64,000 nt of DNA from an uncultured bacterium (GTDB taxonomy: Bacteria > Sysuimicrobiota > Sysuimicrobiia > Sysuimicrobiales > Sysuimicrobiaceae). A program made the translations under genes and the position numbers. Below are positions 1 through 9,990 of this stretch, one piece after another (within the stretch, counting starts at the first letter, position 1; every line of letters begins with the position of its first letter). Location: the NCBI GenBank assembly GCA_964437095.1, contig CAYTFH010000001.1, forward strand, positions 119,072-183,071. Reading direction: 5' to 3'. The notes below the pieces were generated by a model. That model saw nothing but the letters and a program-made list of their open reading frames with translations, was not told where the DNA came from and did no database searches.

Positions 1-186
1 GCGGACCGGGAGGGGATTGTGGCGGAACTCGAGGCGGTGAGCAAGCGACTCCACCGTCCCAAGAACGAACTGGTCCTGGAGGCGCTGGAGCGGTTCCTGC
101 GGAAGCTGCGCCCGTCCCTCGGCCGCTACCACCTCGGTGCGGTCCGGGAGTGGAAGCGGGCCGACCTGTACGGGCGTCGGCGGTGA
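1..186 (+). CDS. RHH/CopG-like antitoxin (VapB-type), 5' partial at window edge
   Basis: Frame-1 ORF runs off the window start and reads ...KNELVLEALERFLRKL...; its TGA (184-186) overlaps the GTG of the downstream PIN toxin by 4 nt. Confidence 0.5.
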   Translation, partial: ADREGIVAELEAVSKRLHRPKNELVLEALERFLRKLRPSLGRYHLGAVREWKRADLYGRRR

Positions 187-629
187 TCCTCCTCGATACC
201 AACGTCCTCGTCTACGCGCTCAACGCCGACTCCCCGCATCACCCCCAAAGCCGCGCCGTTGTGGAGGTAGCCCTGGGAGGTCGCCTCCCGGGTGTGCTCG
301 TGCCCCAGGTGCTCCTGGAGGCGTTCGCGGTCCTCACGGACCGGCGTAGGGTCGAACGCCCGCTGACTCCGGAGGAGGCGTGGGACGCGCTTGAGCTGTT
401 GCGGGTCGGCTTGCGGGTGTTCCCGGCGGACCTCCAGGCCCTGGAGGCGCTCACGGAACTCGTCGCCCTCCACAAGCCCGTTGCCCAGGAAGTGTCCCAC
501 GTGTTCCTGGTGGCGCAAATGCGGGCCCACGGCATCGCAACGCTGTGCACGTACGATGTCGAGGACTTCCGAAGGTACCCTGGCCTGGCCGCGCTGACTC
601 CTCCGGAAGTCCTCAGACGCCTCCCTTGA
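183..629 (+). CDS. vapC: PIN-domain toxin VapC
   Basis: VILLDTNVLVYAL...TYDVEDF has the PIN acidic residues. GTG at 183 overlaps the antitoxin stop (GTGA). Confidence 0.6.
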   Translation: MILLDTNVLVYALNADSPHHPQSRAVVEVALGGRLPGVLVPQVLLEAFAVLTDRRRVERPLTPEEAWDALELLRVGLRVFPADLQALEALTELVALHKPVAQEVSHVFLVAQMRAHGIATLCTYDVEDFRRYPGLAALTPPEVLRRLP

Positions 630-648
630 GTTCAACCCCTTTTGGACG

Positions 649-1332
649 TCACTCCGCCTCCAGCAACCTCCGCGCCTGCTGCAGGTCCACCCACACCCGC
701 CGTCGGGCCGTCCGGACCACCCCCAGCCGCGCCAGCTCGCCGAGCGTCAGGGTCACCGTCTCCCGGCTGGCGCCCACCATGTCCGCCAGCTCCTGCTGGC
801 TCAGCCCCACGTCCAGCCGCCAGAACCGGCCGTCCGGTGTCCCGTAGCGCTCCGCCAGCTTGGCCAACAGGTGCACCAGCCGGGTCCGCACGGTGGACAG
901 CGCCAGCCGTTCCAGCAGGTCCTCCAGCTCCCGCAGCCGCGCGGACAGAACCCGCACCATGCGGAGCGCCACCTCGGGGTAGGCACGCATCAACCGCTCC
1001 AGGTCGGCCTCCCGCAGGGTGCACACCAGCACGTCCGTGAGGGCCTCCGCGAAGCTGTGCCGCGTTCCCGTGGACAACCCCTCCAGCTCCCCGAACACGT
1101 TCCCGGGCCCCAACAGGCTCACCGTCAGCTGCCGCCCTTCCGGGCTCACCCGGTAGAGCCGCACGTACCCCTGCTTCAGCAGGTACAGCACCGGCTCCCA
1201 GCGCGCGGGGTCCAGCAACACGCTTCCCCGCGGGAACGCGTTGAGGGCCGCTAGGCGGTCCACCGCCTGCAGCTCCTCCGCGGACAGCTGCCGGAACAGG
1301 TCGATCTGGTTCAGGTACGCGGTCTTGTCCAC
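649..1332 (-). CDS. Crp/Fnr-family transcriptional regulator
   Basis: N-terminal cNMP-binding region (IDLFRQLSAEELQAV...GELEGLSTG) and C-terminal HTH (SQQELADMVGASRETVTLTLGEL). Start is ambiguous: GTG at 1332 has an SD, GTG at 1362 is the alternative. Confidence 0.6.
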   Translation of the reverse strand: MDKTAYLNQIDLFRQLSAEELQAVDRLAALNAFPRGSVLLDPARWEPVLYLLKQGYVRLYRVSPEGRQLTVSLLGPGNVFGELEGLSTGTRHSFAEALTDVLVCTLREADLERLMRAYPEVALRMVRVLSARLRELEDLLERLALSTVRTRLVHLLAKLAERYGTPDGRFWRLDVGLSQQELADMVGASRETVTLTLGELARLGVVRTARRRVWVDLQQARRLLEAE

Positions 1333-1346
1333 GGCCTCCGGCCCGT

Positions 1347-2417
1347 TCAGCCTCCCCTCCACGTGGGCGGGGCGCTCACGGGCGCGGGGCAGTTCACCAC
1401 GAACAGCTCGCCCTTGGTGTCCGGCGTCCCCGGCCACCGCTTGAGCCGCCCCGCCTGCTCCTCCGCCACGATCTCCCGCTCGCTGCGCAGGACCCGGGGC
1501 CGGGCGCCGGCCTCCCACGTGAAGGTGTAGTGGTCCCAGAAGGGGCTCCAGATGGCGTCGCCGGGGTTGGAGTCGAACACGGACGGCTGGAAGCCCATGG
1601 GCCCCGGCCCCTTGATCCCGTTCCCGAACACCAGGATCTTCGCGGTCGCCCCTGCCTTGGTCAGGGCCGCCGTCTTGGGTGAGGCCGCGACCTTCATCAT
1701 GGGCGCCATGGGGGCCGCGGAGGTGTCCGTGACGATGTACCAGTGGTTGGGGAAGCACTGGTGCAGTTTGAACGTCACCTCGCGGCGGTCCACCTTGGGG
1801 TCCTCCAACAGCTGTCCGTCCCCCAGGTACTCGGTGCGCCGCCGGTCCACGGCCAACTGCCCGTCCGGCCACCGCACCATGGGGTAGTTCACCACCACCG
1901 GCGTGGACTCCACCTCCACCTGGCCCGCGCTCTGCGCGTCCCGTACCTGCTCCGCGGACCGGAGCAGCCGCGGGGAGGTCTTCCAGGTCACCCAGTGGAC
2001 CCGGTACGCGGGCGTGAAGTCGTCCCGCCCCGGGACGGTGCTGACCACCGGCAGCTGGCCCGGAGCGCCGCCTCGGAACAGATAGTAGTCCACGGTGGCG
2101 TCCTGGCGCACCGCCAAGGCCAGCTTCGGCACGAACACCAGCCCGCGCGCCTGGGCGAAGGCTTGGTCCGAGGCGTCGGTGCGGATGTGGTAGGCGAGCT
2201 TCCCGTCGAAGAAGACCGGGTGCAGGCGGAACGTCACGAAGCCGAACAGCCCCCTCCACCCCTGGGGCCGGGTGGAGAACCGCAACACGTCGCCCACGTT
2301 CTTGCGGGCTGCGGGTGCACCCCACGCCGCACCCCCTGGGAACCGGCCGCCCACGAGCGCAGCCCCGGCCAGGGCGGACCACCGCAGGAACTCCCGGCGG
2401 GTCATCCCGTACTCCAT
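1347..2417 (-). CDS. Tat-signal (twin-arginine) secreted hypothetical protein; alternative upstream in-frame GTG start at 2639
   Basis: MEYGMTRREFLRWSALAGAALVGG is a classic RR leader, preceded by a strong SD (GGGAGGAGGGGAG). The ORF continues in frame upstream to a second SD+GTG at 2639 (see finding). C-terminal domain not recognised. Confidence 0.5.
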   Translation of the reverse strand: MEYGMTRREFLRWSALAGAALVGGRFPGGAAWGAPAARKNVGDVLRFSTRPQGWRGLFGFVTFRLHPVFFDGKLAYHIRTDASDQAFAQARGLVFVPKLALAVRQDATVDYYLFRGGAPGQLPVVSTVPGRDDFTPAYRVHWVTWKTSPRLLRSAEQVRDAQSAGQVEVESTPVVVNYPMVRWPDGQLAVDRRRTEYLGDGQLLEDPKVDRREVTFKLHQCFPNHWYIVTDTSAAPMAPMMKVAASPKTAALTKAGATAKILVFGNGIKGPGPMGFQPSVFDSNPGDAIWSPFWDHYTFTWEAGARPRVLRSEREIVAEEQAGRLKRWPGTPDTKGELFVVNCPAPVSAPPTWRGG

Positions 2418-2792
2418 GGCTCCCCTCCTCCCTTCGCGCACTCGCCCGCGGTCACGCACCTTCGGTCGGTCCGCTCCGGCGTGCGCCTGCCGGTGCTCCT
2501 CGAGCCCTCGTGCGGTGAAAAACTGCACGCCGCAGCAGGACCCCACGGGTTCCCGCACGGCTCCGTGGGCTTCCACGTCGTGCCGGATCAGCTCCTCTTC
2601 GCTGGCGAACTCCCTGCCGCAGCACTGCCACTTGGCCACGTTCTCCCCTCCTTTCGGTCCACGGCTGCGCCACCCGCGTGTCGGGACGGAAGACCGCCCA
2701 CCAGGAGCCCCCAACACCACCACGGACAGCCAGAGAACCCGCATCCCCTCCTCCACCTTGCCCCGTCTCCCGCCACCGGTCCGTGAGGGACC

Positions 2793-3224
2793 TCACACAC
2801 CGGCCACCCACCCGTAGACCCAGGCCACCACCAACCCGTACACCGCGTGTCCCAGCACGATCCCCATGGCGGGGGCGGGGCCGGTGGGGAGTTCAGGGCG
2901 TCGCGGGTGCATGGCCCGCATGGCGGGCATGACGGCCGCCGCCAGGATCCCGTGCACCACGCCGAAGACCAAGCCCCAGCCCGGAGAGACCGTGCCGACG
3001 CCAGAGCGCCACAGCAACCCGTACACCGCCGTGAACACCACCCCCATCCCGAAGTGCAGCACCCCGCCCAGGGTCCTGGCCGCGGCGCCCTCGGGGACGA
3101 ACATGGTCCCCAGCGTCCCGAGCATGTCCATCCGCGGCATCCCCATGCTCGGTCCGAGGGCCATGAGGAGCGTCATGACCCCGGTCCCCACCAACCCGGC
3201 ACCCACCACCCCGCTCCAGGACAT
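2793..3224 (-). CDS. hypothetical integral membrane protein
   Basis: Strong SD (GGAGGTCGGGG) + ATG at 3224; about four predicted TM helices rich in G/A/V/L. Confidence 0.45.
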   Translation of the reverse strand: MSWSGVVGAGLVGTGVMTLLMALGPSMGMPRMDMLGTLGTMFVPEGAAARTLGGVLHFGMGVVFTAVYGLLWRSGVGTVSPGWGLVFGVVHGILAAAVMPAMRAMHPRRPELPTGPAPAMGIVLGHAVYGLVVAWVYGWVAGV

Positions 3225-3348
3225 CCCCGACCTCCGCGTACGTTGTCCAGGCCCCATGCTCGCCGCCCCGCTGTCCCGCGTCTGTAAGGTCCCTCACCGA
3301 AAGTCCCGGCGGCCCCCTCTAACCTCGGAGAGGAGGAGGTGATACGGG

Positions 3349-3708
3349 ATGCCGGATTCGAAGTACGTGGTGTTCGTGCACGCGGGGCCTCAGGAGCTGG
3401 CGCGGGCGCTCCACGCATTGCTGTACGCGCAGGAGCTGCAGCGGTCGGGAATCCCCGCCAAGGTGGTGTTCGACGGCGCCGGGACGGTGTGGTTGCGGGA
3501 GTTCAGCAACCCCGAGCACAAGTACCACGCCGTGTTCCGGCAGGTTCTGGACGCCGGACTCGTGGACGCCGCCTGCGCTTACTGCGCCAACGCCTTCGGC
3601 GTCGCGGAGGCGGTGCGGGCCGCAGGCGTCCCCCTGGTGGGCACCGCAGAAGGGCACCCGAGCCTCGCCGCGTACCTGCGGGACGGCTGGACGCCCATCA
3701 CGCTATAA
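3349..3708 (+). CDS. DsrE/DsrF(YchN)-like sulfur-relay family protein
   Basis: SD GAGGAGGAGGTGA + ATG. Sequence MPDSKYVVFVHAGP...DAACAYCANAF is typical of DsrE-like small proteins. Confidence 0.6.
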   Translation: MPDSKYVVFVHAGPQELARALHALLYAQELQRSGIPAKVVFDGAGTVWLREFSNPEHKYHAVFRQVLDAGLVDAACAYCANAFGVAEAVRAAGVPLVGTAEGHPSLAAYLRDGWTPITL

Positions 3709-3741
3709 TTCCCGCCAGCAGCGTTCGTGGGAGGTGAGGGA

Positions 3742-4239
3742 GTGCCCGGTCCGGGCGCGTACGAGGTTACCTTCGAAGCAGAGGCACACGCCCTTGAGGG
3801 GATGCGCAAGCTGGCGGTGGTCCGGGTCCGCCGGACCGGGGGCGCTGCGGAAGCGTACACCCTCGTCTGCGACGAGGGCGCGCACCTCGGGGGGGAAGGC
3901 AGCGCCCCCACCCCCCTCACCTACTTCGTGGCCGGCGTGGCCTTCTGAATCCTGACCCAGCTCTCGCGGTGCGCGAGAGACCTCAAGGTACCGCTGGAGG
4001 ACGCCCGGGCGCAGGTGGTGGCACGGTTCCGCCGCACCGGGTCCGTCCTGCAGGGCACCGCCCGGGGGGAGTGCGCGGGCTTCGAGATCCGGGTCCGGCT
4101 GCGGTCTGAGGCCAAGCCCGAGGCCGTGCGTCGGGTGCTGCAACTCGCCCACGCCACCTGCTACACGGAGGCGTGCCTGCGCTCGGAGGTCCCCTTGGCG
4201 GTCCACCACGAGCTCAACGGGGAACCCCTGGCCCTGTAG
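3742..4239 (+). CDS. OsmC/Ohr-family peroxiredoxin-like protein with in-frame TGA (3946-3948) at the peroxidatic-Cys position; candidate selenoprotein
   Basis: Two same-frame ORFs (3727-3948 and 4015-4239) form one OsmC-like protein: ...TYFVAGVAF[TGA]ILTQLSRCARD... and ...LAHATCYTEAC... SD GGAGGTGA + GTG at 3742. Confidence 0.5.
3961..3979 (+). promoter_or_regulatory. perfect 8-bp stem/3-nt loop hairpin 12 nt downstream of the in-frame TGA (bacterial SECIS-like)
   Basis: CTCTCGCG-GTG-CGCGAGAG, read directly from the sequence; the apical loop contains G and U. Confidence 0.4.
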
Positions 4240-4249
4240 CGCGCCCGCG

Positions 4250-5095
4250 TCACCACAGGGCTTCCACCGGGCCCCGCTCCGGGTCTCCGAGCCGGGGGTT
4301 GGCGCGGACCCACTGCTCCGCACAGCCCGCGCCGCAGAACAGGTTGTTCACCCCGCAGCCTCCGCCCCGCACGTGCCACACGCCGGTCGGTTCGGCGCCC
4401 ACCAGCCTCCCGTCCGTCACGATCAGGCGGATCCGCCGCATGCACTGGGCACAGGCGTCGTACAGGTGGACGGTTCCCCGGTCGTAGGTCCGCCGGAAGA
4501 GGTCTTCGGGCCGCAGGCTCGCCAGGAACGCGAGCATCTTCGGGGTCATGCCGGGCGCGTCCGGGGCACCGCGCGAAGGCCTCTGGAGGCGCCTGGCCCG
4601 GTAGGTGGGGCTTGTGAGCAGCGCGAAGTCGTGGAAGCAGTTCATGTTGAACCGCTCCTTTCCGGCTACCACCTCGTGGAAGTAGAACCCTACGCCCTCC
4701 AGGAACCGCGGCGCTTCCGGGCTTAGGTGCACGTGGCTCCTGTCCCGCTCCAGGAACCCGATCCAGATCAGGGCGTCGAGGGCGGCCCGGATCCCCGCTT
4801 CCGGGAGCAAGAGGGTCTCCGAGACCCCACGGGCGAGGCGATCCTCCTCCGCCGAGCCCTGCAGGGTTCGGAGCACCCCGCGGGCCACGAGGCGCTCGTC
4901 GTTGGTGAGGAAGTAGGCCGAGGGGTGCCACCGCAGGAGGTCCGCCAGGCGAGGGTCTTCCAGGATCGCCCGGGCGATCCGGCGACGGTCGGCGTCCCGG
5001 AACGGGAGCCCCGCACGGTCCATCGCCTGCTCGAGGTTCGTGCACCGGAAGGGCTCCTGCCAGTCCGCCTCCAGGATCCGCAGCACCGCCTCCAT
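4250..5095 (-). CDS. hypothetical protein; possibly organomercurial-lyase (MerB)-like plus a C-terminal Cys cluster
   Basis: NCFHD (Cys-x2-Asp) and DACAQC about 61 aa later mirror the MerB Cys96/Asp99/Cys159 spacing. C-terminal CGVNNLFCGAGC. Weak homology, start uncertain (ATG 5095 or GTG 5122). Confidence 0.35.
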   Translation of the reverse strand: MEAVLRILEADWQEPFRCTNLEQAMDRAGLPFRDADRRRIARAILEDPRLADLLRWHPSAYFLTNDERLVARGVLRTLQGSAEEDRLARGVSETLLLPEAGIRAALDALIWIGFLERDRSHVHLSPEAPRFLEGVGFYFHEVVAGKERFNMNCFHDFALLTSPTYRARRLQRPSRGAPDAPGMTPKMLAFLASLRPEDLFRRTYDRGTVHLYDACAQCMRRIRLIVTDGRLVGAEPTGVWHVRGGGCGVNNLFCGAGCAEQWVRANPRLGDPERGPVEALW

Positions 5096-5106
5096 ACCCA
5101 CGCCCC

Positions 5107-5295
5107 TTAGCAGAAGGGACACCCGCCCCGGCGGGCTACGGCGGTTCCTTCCTCGGTGCCCGCCTCGGGGACATCCGCTTCAGGGGTCGCAGGCTCGCTC
5201 GACCCCGCCCGGGCGGCGAGGAGGAGGGCCAGGAGCTTCCCCCCGCAGCACAGCGCGATCACCCCCACGATCCCCAAACTGGTAAGCCAGTCCAT
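5107..5295 (-). CDS. small membrane protein with vicinal Cys pair in its TM helix and C-terminal CPFC (MerT/MerF-like?)
   Basis: Strong SD GGAGGTGAGAACG + ATG. MDWLTSLGIVGVIALCCGGKLLALLL...GGCPFC. Confidence 0.4.
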   Translation of the reverse strand: MDWLTSLGIVGVIALCCGGKLLALLLAARAGSSEPATPEADVPEAGTEEGTAVARRGGCPFC

Positions 5296-5309
5296 CGTTC
5301 TCACCTCCC

Positions 5310-6410
<1,101 letters not shown>

Positions 6411-6466
6411 TTATGCGGGGGTTCCGGTGCCCGGTTGGACGGTGTATCCTCGAGGAGGGGTAAGTC

Positions 6467-7043
6467 ATGGAGTCTGGCACCGGGCCGCCTGCACCGGAAG
6501 GGTCCCGCCACACCCGAGAGTTCCTCCAGCGGATGATCGAAGAGCACAGCGCGGCCCTGTACCGGGCAGCCGACCACATGACCGGTCGGGCCGACGACGC
6601 CGAGGACCTCGTCCAGAAGACGTTCATCCGGGCCTGGCGCTTCCTCCACAGCTTCGATCCAGCCGGCAACGCCCGCCGTTGGCTCTTGAGGATCCTGCTG
6701 AACCTGTACGTCGACTCCCTGCGTCGCGGGAAGCGCCGGCCCGAGAGCCTCGACCTATCGGAGGGAAATCCGTAGATGACCTGTACCTTTACCGTCATAT
6801 CGTGAGCTCCCAGGACCTGGAGACCTCCGGCGATCCCGCTGTGGTGTTCTTCGACCGTCTGGTGGGCGATGAGATCCAGGCCGCCCTGCGCGGATTGCCC
6901 ACAGACTACCGGAAGGTGCTCCTCCTCTTTGCGAGGGGTTTTCCTACCACGAGATCGCCGAGATCCTGAACCTCCCCATCGGGACGGTGATAAGCCGCTC
7001 CCATCGGACCAGGACCCTCCTGCAGAAGAGCCTGTGGGAGTAC
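6467..7043 (+). CDS. ECF (sigma-70 family) sigma factor interrupted by two -1 frameshifts (near 6770 and 6940)
   Basis: Region 2 (DLVQKTFIRAWRF) in frame A; region 3/4.1 (LPTDYRKVLLLFA) in frame B; region 4.2 (EGFSYHEIAEILNLPIGTV) in frame C. Both shifts fall at short homopolymers. Good SD GGAGGAGGGG + ATG. Confidence 0.55.
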
Positions 7044-7088
7044 TGCGTCCGCACCGGCCGCTGCCGACCCCAGCCCACGCCTGCCGTC

Positions 7089-7307
7089 GTGCCCGCCCCG
7101 TGTGCGGAGGCGTGCCGACACCTGTACGGCTACCTGGACCCAGCCAGCCTCACCGCGGTCGAGCAACACCTCGCCGTGTGCCGCCGGTGCTGCGACCGGC
7201 TGGAGTTCTACCGGCGTCTGGAAGCCACCATCCGTGAAACCCTCCAGCGCACCCGCCTCCCCCGTTCCCTGCGGTCCCGCCTGAACCGCCTGGCCCAGCT
7301 CCTCTGA
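7089..7307 (+). CDS. anti-sigma factor, ZAS zinc-finger (HxxxCxxC) domain; reads in frame with sigma region 4.2
   Basis: CAEACRHLYGYLDPASLTAVEQHLAVCRRCCDRLEF is the zf-HC2 anti-sigma signature. No stop separates it from the sigma frame-C segment; GTG 7089 is a possible independent start. Confidence 0.45.
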   Translation: MPAPCAEACRHLYGYLDPASLTAVEQHLAVCRRCCDRLEFYRRLEATIRETLQRTRLPRSLRSRLNRLAQLL

Positions 7308-7421
7308 GGGGACGACCCTTGCCCCCCGGGAGTCGCGGAGTAGTTAACATACGGTTTTCCGTAATTTGACCTTGGAAACGGGTGCAGCCGGGGGTCCCGG
7401 GCGCCGGGCCGGGGGTGGACC

Positions 7422-8438
7422 GTGGAGTGGATCTGGTGGGCTGTCCTGCTCGTCCTCGCGAACCTCCCCATCGCCACGCTCCTCCTGGACCGCATCTTCG
7501 GCGTTCCTGCACCCCAGCTCATCCGGTTCGGCTGGCTGCCCGGCGCGTTCGTACTGGCTGGGGTTTTGGCTTGGTCCGCCGCCACACGTCAGCCGGTTCT
7601 CGACCTCGTGGTGTGGGGCGCGGTGGGCGGGTTCGTCGCCACGGTGGCTTTGGACGTCGTCCGGTTCACGGGGCTCCATGTCTTCCGCGCGTTTCCCGTG
7701 GACATGCCTCAGGTCTTCGGCGTGCTCGCCCTCGGTCTGGGTCCGCACCTGCAAAAGAACGTGATCGCCATGGTGCGCCACCTCGCCGGCCAGGACCCTG
7801 AAGCACAGCAGGAGCTCCTGGCAGAGCGCCTGGTGGGCCTTGGGCGGCTCCCTGAGCCCGTGCGGGTGGCCGTCATCCGTGCCATGCGCAAGGGCCTCGC
7901 ATCTTTCCCTGAACCCCAGCGCCACGAGCTCATGGCCACCCAGATGTCCCTCCTCACAACGCTCCCGTCGGAGGCCCGCCAGACGGTGATGCGGGTCATG
8001 GACCTGGCCATGGCCGACCGCGCCCAACCCGTGTACCAGCAGCCCCGCGGCATGCCCAAGGTCCCCATGTACACCGCGAGGGAGCTGCTGGCGGAGGCCC
8101 TGCCCCAGACTCTCGCCGAAGCGGGCGTCCCTCGCGCCGCCGTCCTGTTGGCGGGGTACGGCTGGCACCTCCTGAACGGCTTGGGGTTCGGGGTGACGTA
8201 CACCCTGCTCTTCGGGCATGGGACCTGGGCGCTGGCGCTGGCCTGGGGGCTATTTATCTGGGCGGGGATGATGGTCACCATGCCCATCATGATGCCCACC
8301 ATCCGGTTCCCCATGCCGCGCTTCCTGGTGGTCCTGTTTATCGCCCACGTGGTCATGGCCGGCCCCATCGGGTACTTCGCGTTCCTCGTATCGCGGGAGG
8401 CCCACCGCGCGAGCCTGGTGGGGAGGGTGCTCCCGTGA
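7422..8438 (+). CDS. membrane protein with internal ~19-aa PExxR..M repeats (repeat-family member A)
   Basis: N- and C-terminal TM helices; central LPEPVRVAVIRAMRKGLASF / PEPQRHELMATQMSLLTTL / PSEARQTVMRVMDLAMADRA repeats. Confidence 0.55.
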   Translation: MEWIWWAVLLVLANLPIATLLLDRIFGVPAPQLIRFGWLPGAFVLAGVLAWSAATRQPVLDLVVWGAVGGFVATVALDVVRFTGLHVFRAFPVDMPQVFGVLALGLGPHLQKNVIAMVRHLAGQDPEAQQELLAERLVGLGRLPEPVRVAVIRAMRKGLASFPEPQRHELMATQMSLLTTLPSEARQTVMRVMDLAMADRAQPVYQQPRGMPKVPMYTARELLAEALPQTLAEAGVPRAAVLLAGYGWHLLNGLGFGVTYTLLFGHGTWALALAWGLFIWAGMMVTMPIMMPTIRFPMPRFLVVLFIAHVVMAGPIGYFAFLVSREAHRASLVGRVLP

Positions 8439-8559
8439 AGCTCCTGCCCGGTCGGGGAGGCTCGTGCGCACGCGGGGCACAAGCCAAGCCGCCCCTGACG
8501 GCTTTGCCTCCCCGGCCGGCGCGTCTCGTGGAACGGGCCTGCGCTCGGAGGTGAGAACC

Positions 8560-9970
8560 ATGGCAACTGACCACGTTGTGCCAACGACCCGCGTGGGTCG
8601 GCCCCCGATCCTCCCGCCGGGTTTGTCGATCCTCGTGGGGTTCGCGGACGAGCTCCTGCTCGTGCTCGTGGCGTTGTGGCTGGCGCTCCTCGGCGCTTGG
8701 CTGGGGGCGGTCGTGAGTGGGGGTGGCGGTGGCCATCTGGGCCACGGTGACCACCATCATGCTCTGGCCGGTCGGCCGGCGGCTGGGTCGTCCTTACGTT
8801 TCGTACCGTACCGCCCTGTTCATCCTCGGGGTGCTCAGCATGGCCTACACCCCTGCCATCGGCTTCATCCTCCAGTCGGGTCTTCCGTACACCCCGAAGC
8901 TCATCCTGTGGCTGTTGCTCCCCCTGGACCTCACGGTGTTCGCCATCCTGCCGAGCCTGCGGGCGGCCATGGGCCGCCCCATCCGCATGTTCTTCCGGCC
9001 CGATCTCCTCTTCGGTGACGGCCGGGTCCTGTGCTGCGGGACCGTGGCGCTCCTGTTCGGGATCCGGTACCTCATCGGGCCGCACCCGCCCGAGGGTGTT
9101 CCCGTGGCCCCGCCCCGGTGGAACTGGTGGGGGATCGCCTTCGCCATGGCCTTCGGCTTCATCCCCCTGATCCCCCTCCGGGGGATGACCAAGCTCCTCA
9201 TGCGCACGGCGCGGCTCATCCGCGATGAGGGGTACGGCTGGTGGGGCGTCATCCTGAAGGAGACGTTCCTGGTGGTCACCATCCTGGGGATCGCCCTGGG
9301 GTTCCACCACGCGTTCAAGGGGTGGGTACCCTTCGATGCGCGGTTCTGGGAGGAAGCCCGCAAGGCCATCGAGCACCGCGGGGTGTGGCGGGGTCTCCTC
9401 CTCATGGCCTTCGGGTACGTCTGGCTCGTCTTCGTCCGGGGCGGCTACAAGATGCGCATCGGCGAGCCGTTCCTCCGCGAGACCGTCCTCCAGACGTGGA
9501 TCAAAGAACTGCTGTACGTGCCCGGCGTGGTCGCCCTCGTGCCCGGCGTGATGTTCCTCGTGGAGGAGCACTTCGGGCAGCTGAACCGTGGCGCCATGCT
9601 GGCGGTGGGTATCCCCTTCTTCCTGTGGGGTCTTGTCTGCGTCACCGCCTTCCGGGTCCTAGCCCAGGTCAACCAGCGCCGGGCCCTTGTCCAGCAGATG
9701 GCGGCGGTGGTCCTGCCGGCCCACAGCCCCGAGGTTCGGCGCAAGGTGCTCCGGAAGGTAATGGACGCCCTCGCCGGGATGCCCGGAGATCAGCGGCTGT
9801 TCTACATGCACGCCATGCAGGAGGCCATCGCCCAGTCGCCGGAGGAGGTGCGGGAGGTCATGACCGACGACCGGCTCGCGGTGCTCGCGGAGCTGCCGCC
9901 GGAGAAGCGGCAGGTGATCCTCGCGTCCATGGACCGGATCCTTCTGGATCCGGCTCCCTCGGGAGCTTGA
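8560..9970 (+). CDS. polytopic membrane protein with C-terminal ~19-aa repeats (repeat-family member B); apparent frameshift at the GGGGG run near 8717
   Basis: SD GGAGGTGA + ATG at 8560 gives a TM helix in frame 1. GC3 coding signal switches to frame 2 at about 8717. C-terminal repeats SPEVRRKVLRKVMDALAGM / PGDQRLFYMHAMQEAIAQS / PEEVREVMTDDRLAVLAEL / PPEKRQVILASMDRILLD. Confidence 0.5.
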
Positions 9971-9990
9971 TCACAAAAGAGGTGATCCAC

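Noticed and set aside
1347-2756. Extended start MEEGMRVLWLSVVVLG... for the Tat-signal protein ORF
   Set aside because: No SD, and the N-terminal 39 codons overlap the upstream region without coding-like composition. Supported starts are the GTG at 2639 and the ATG at 2417.
6411-6466. ECF-type or extended -10 (TGTATCCT) promoter for the sigma gene
   Set aside because: No convincing -35 at proper spacing. GGTTCC is present, but in the wrong orientation and position for an ECF GGAAC box.
7709-9571. 620-aa minus-strand ORF. Similar very long ORFs antisense to real genes: 22709-24205 (+), 25556-28600 (+), 53043-55304 (+), 45634-48057 (-), 11185-12339 (+).
   Set aside because: Pro/Arg/Gly-rich low-complexity translations with no recognisable domains, antisense to well-supported genes. 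Such stop-free antisense frames are expected at ~70% GC.
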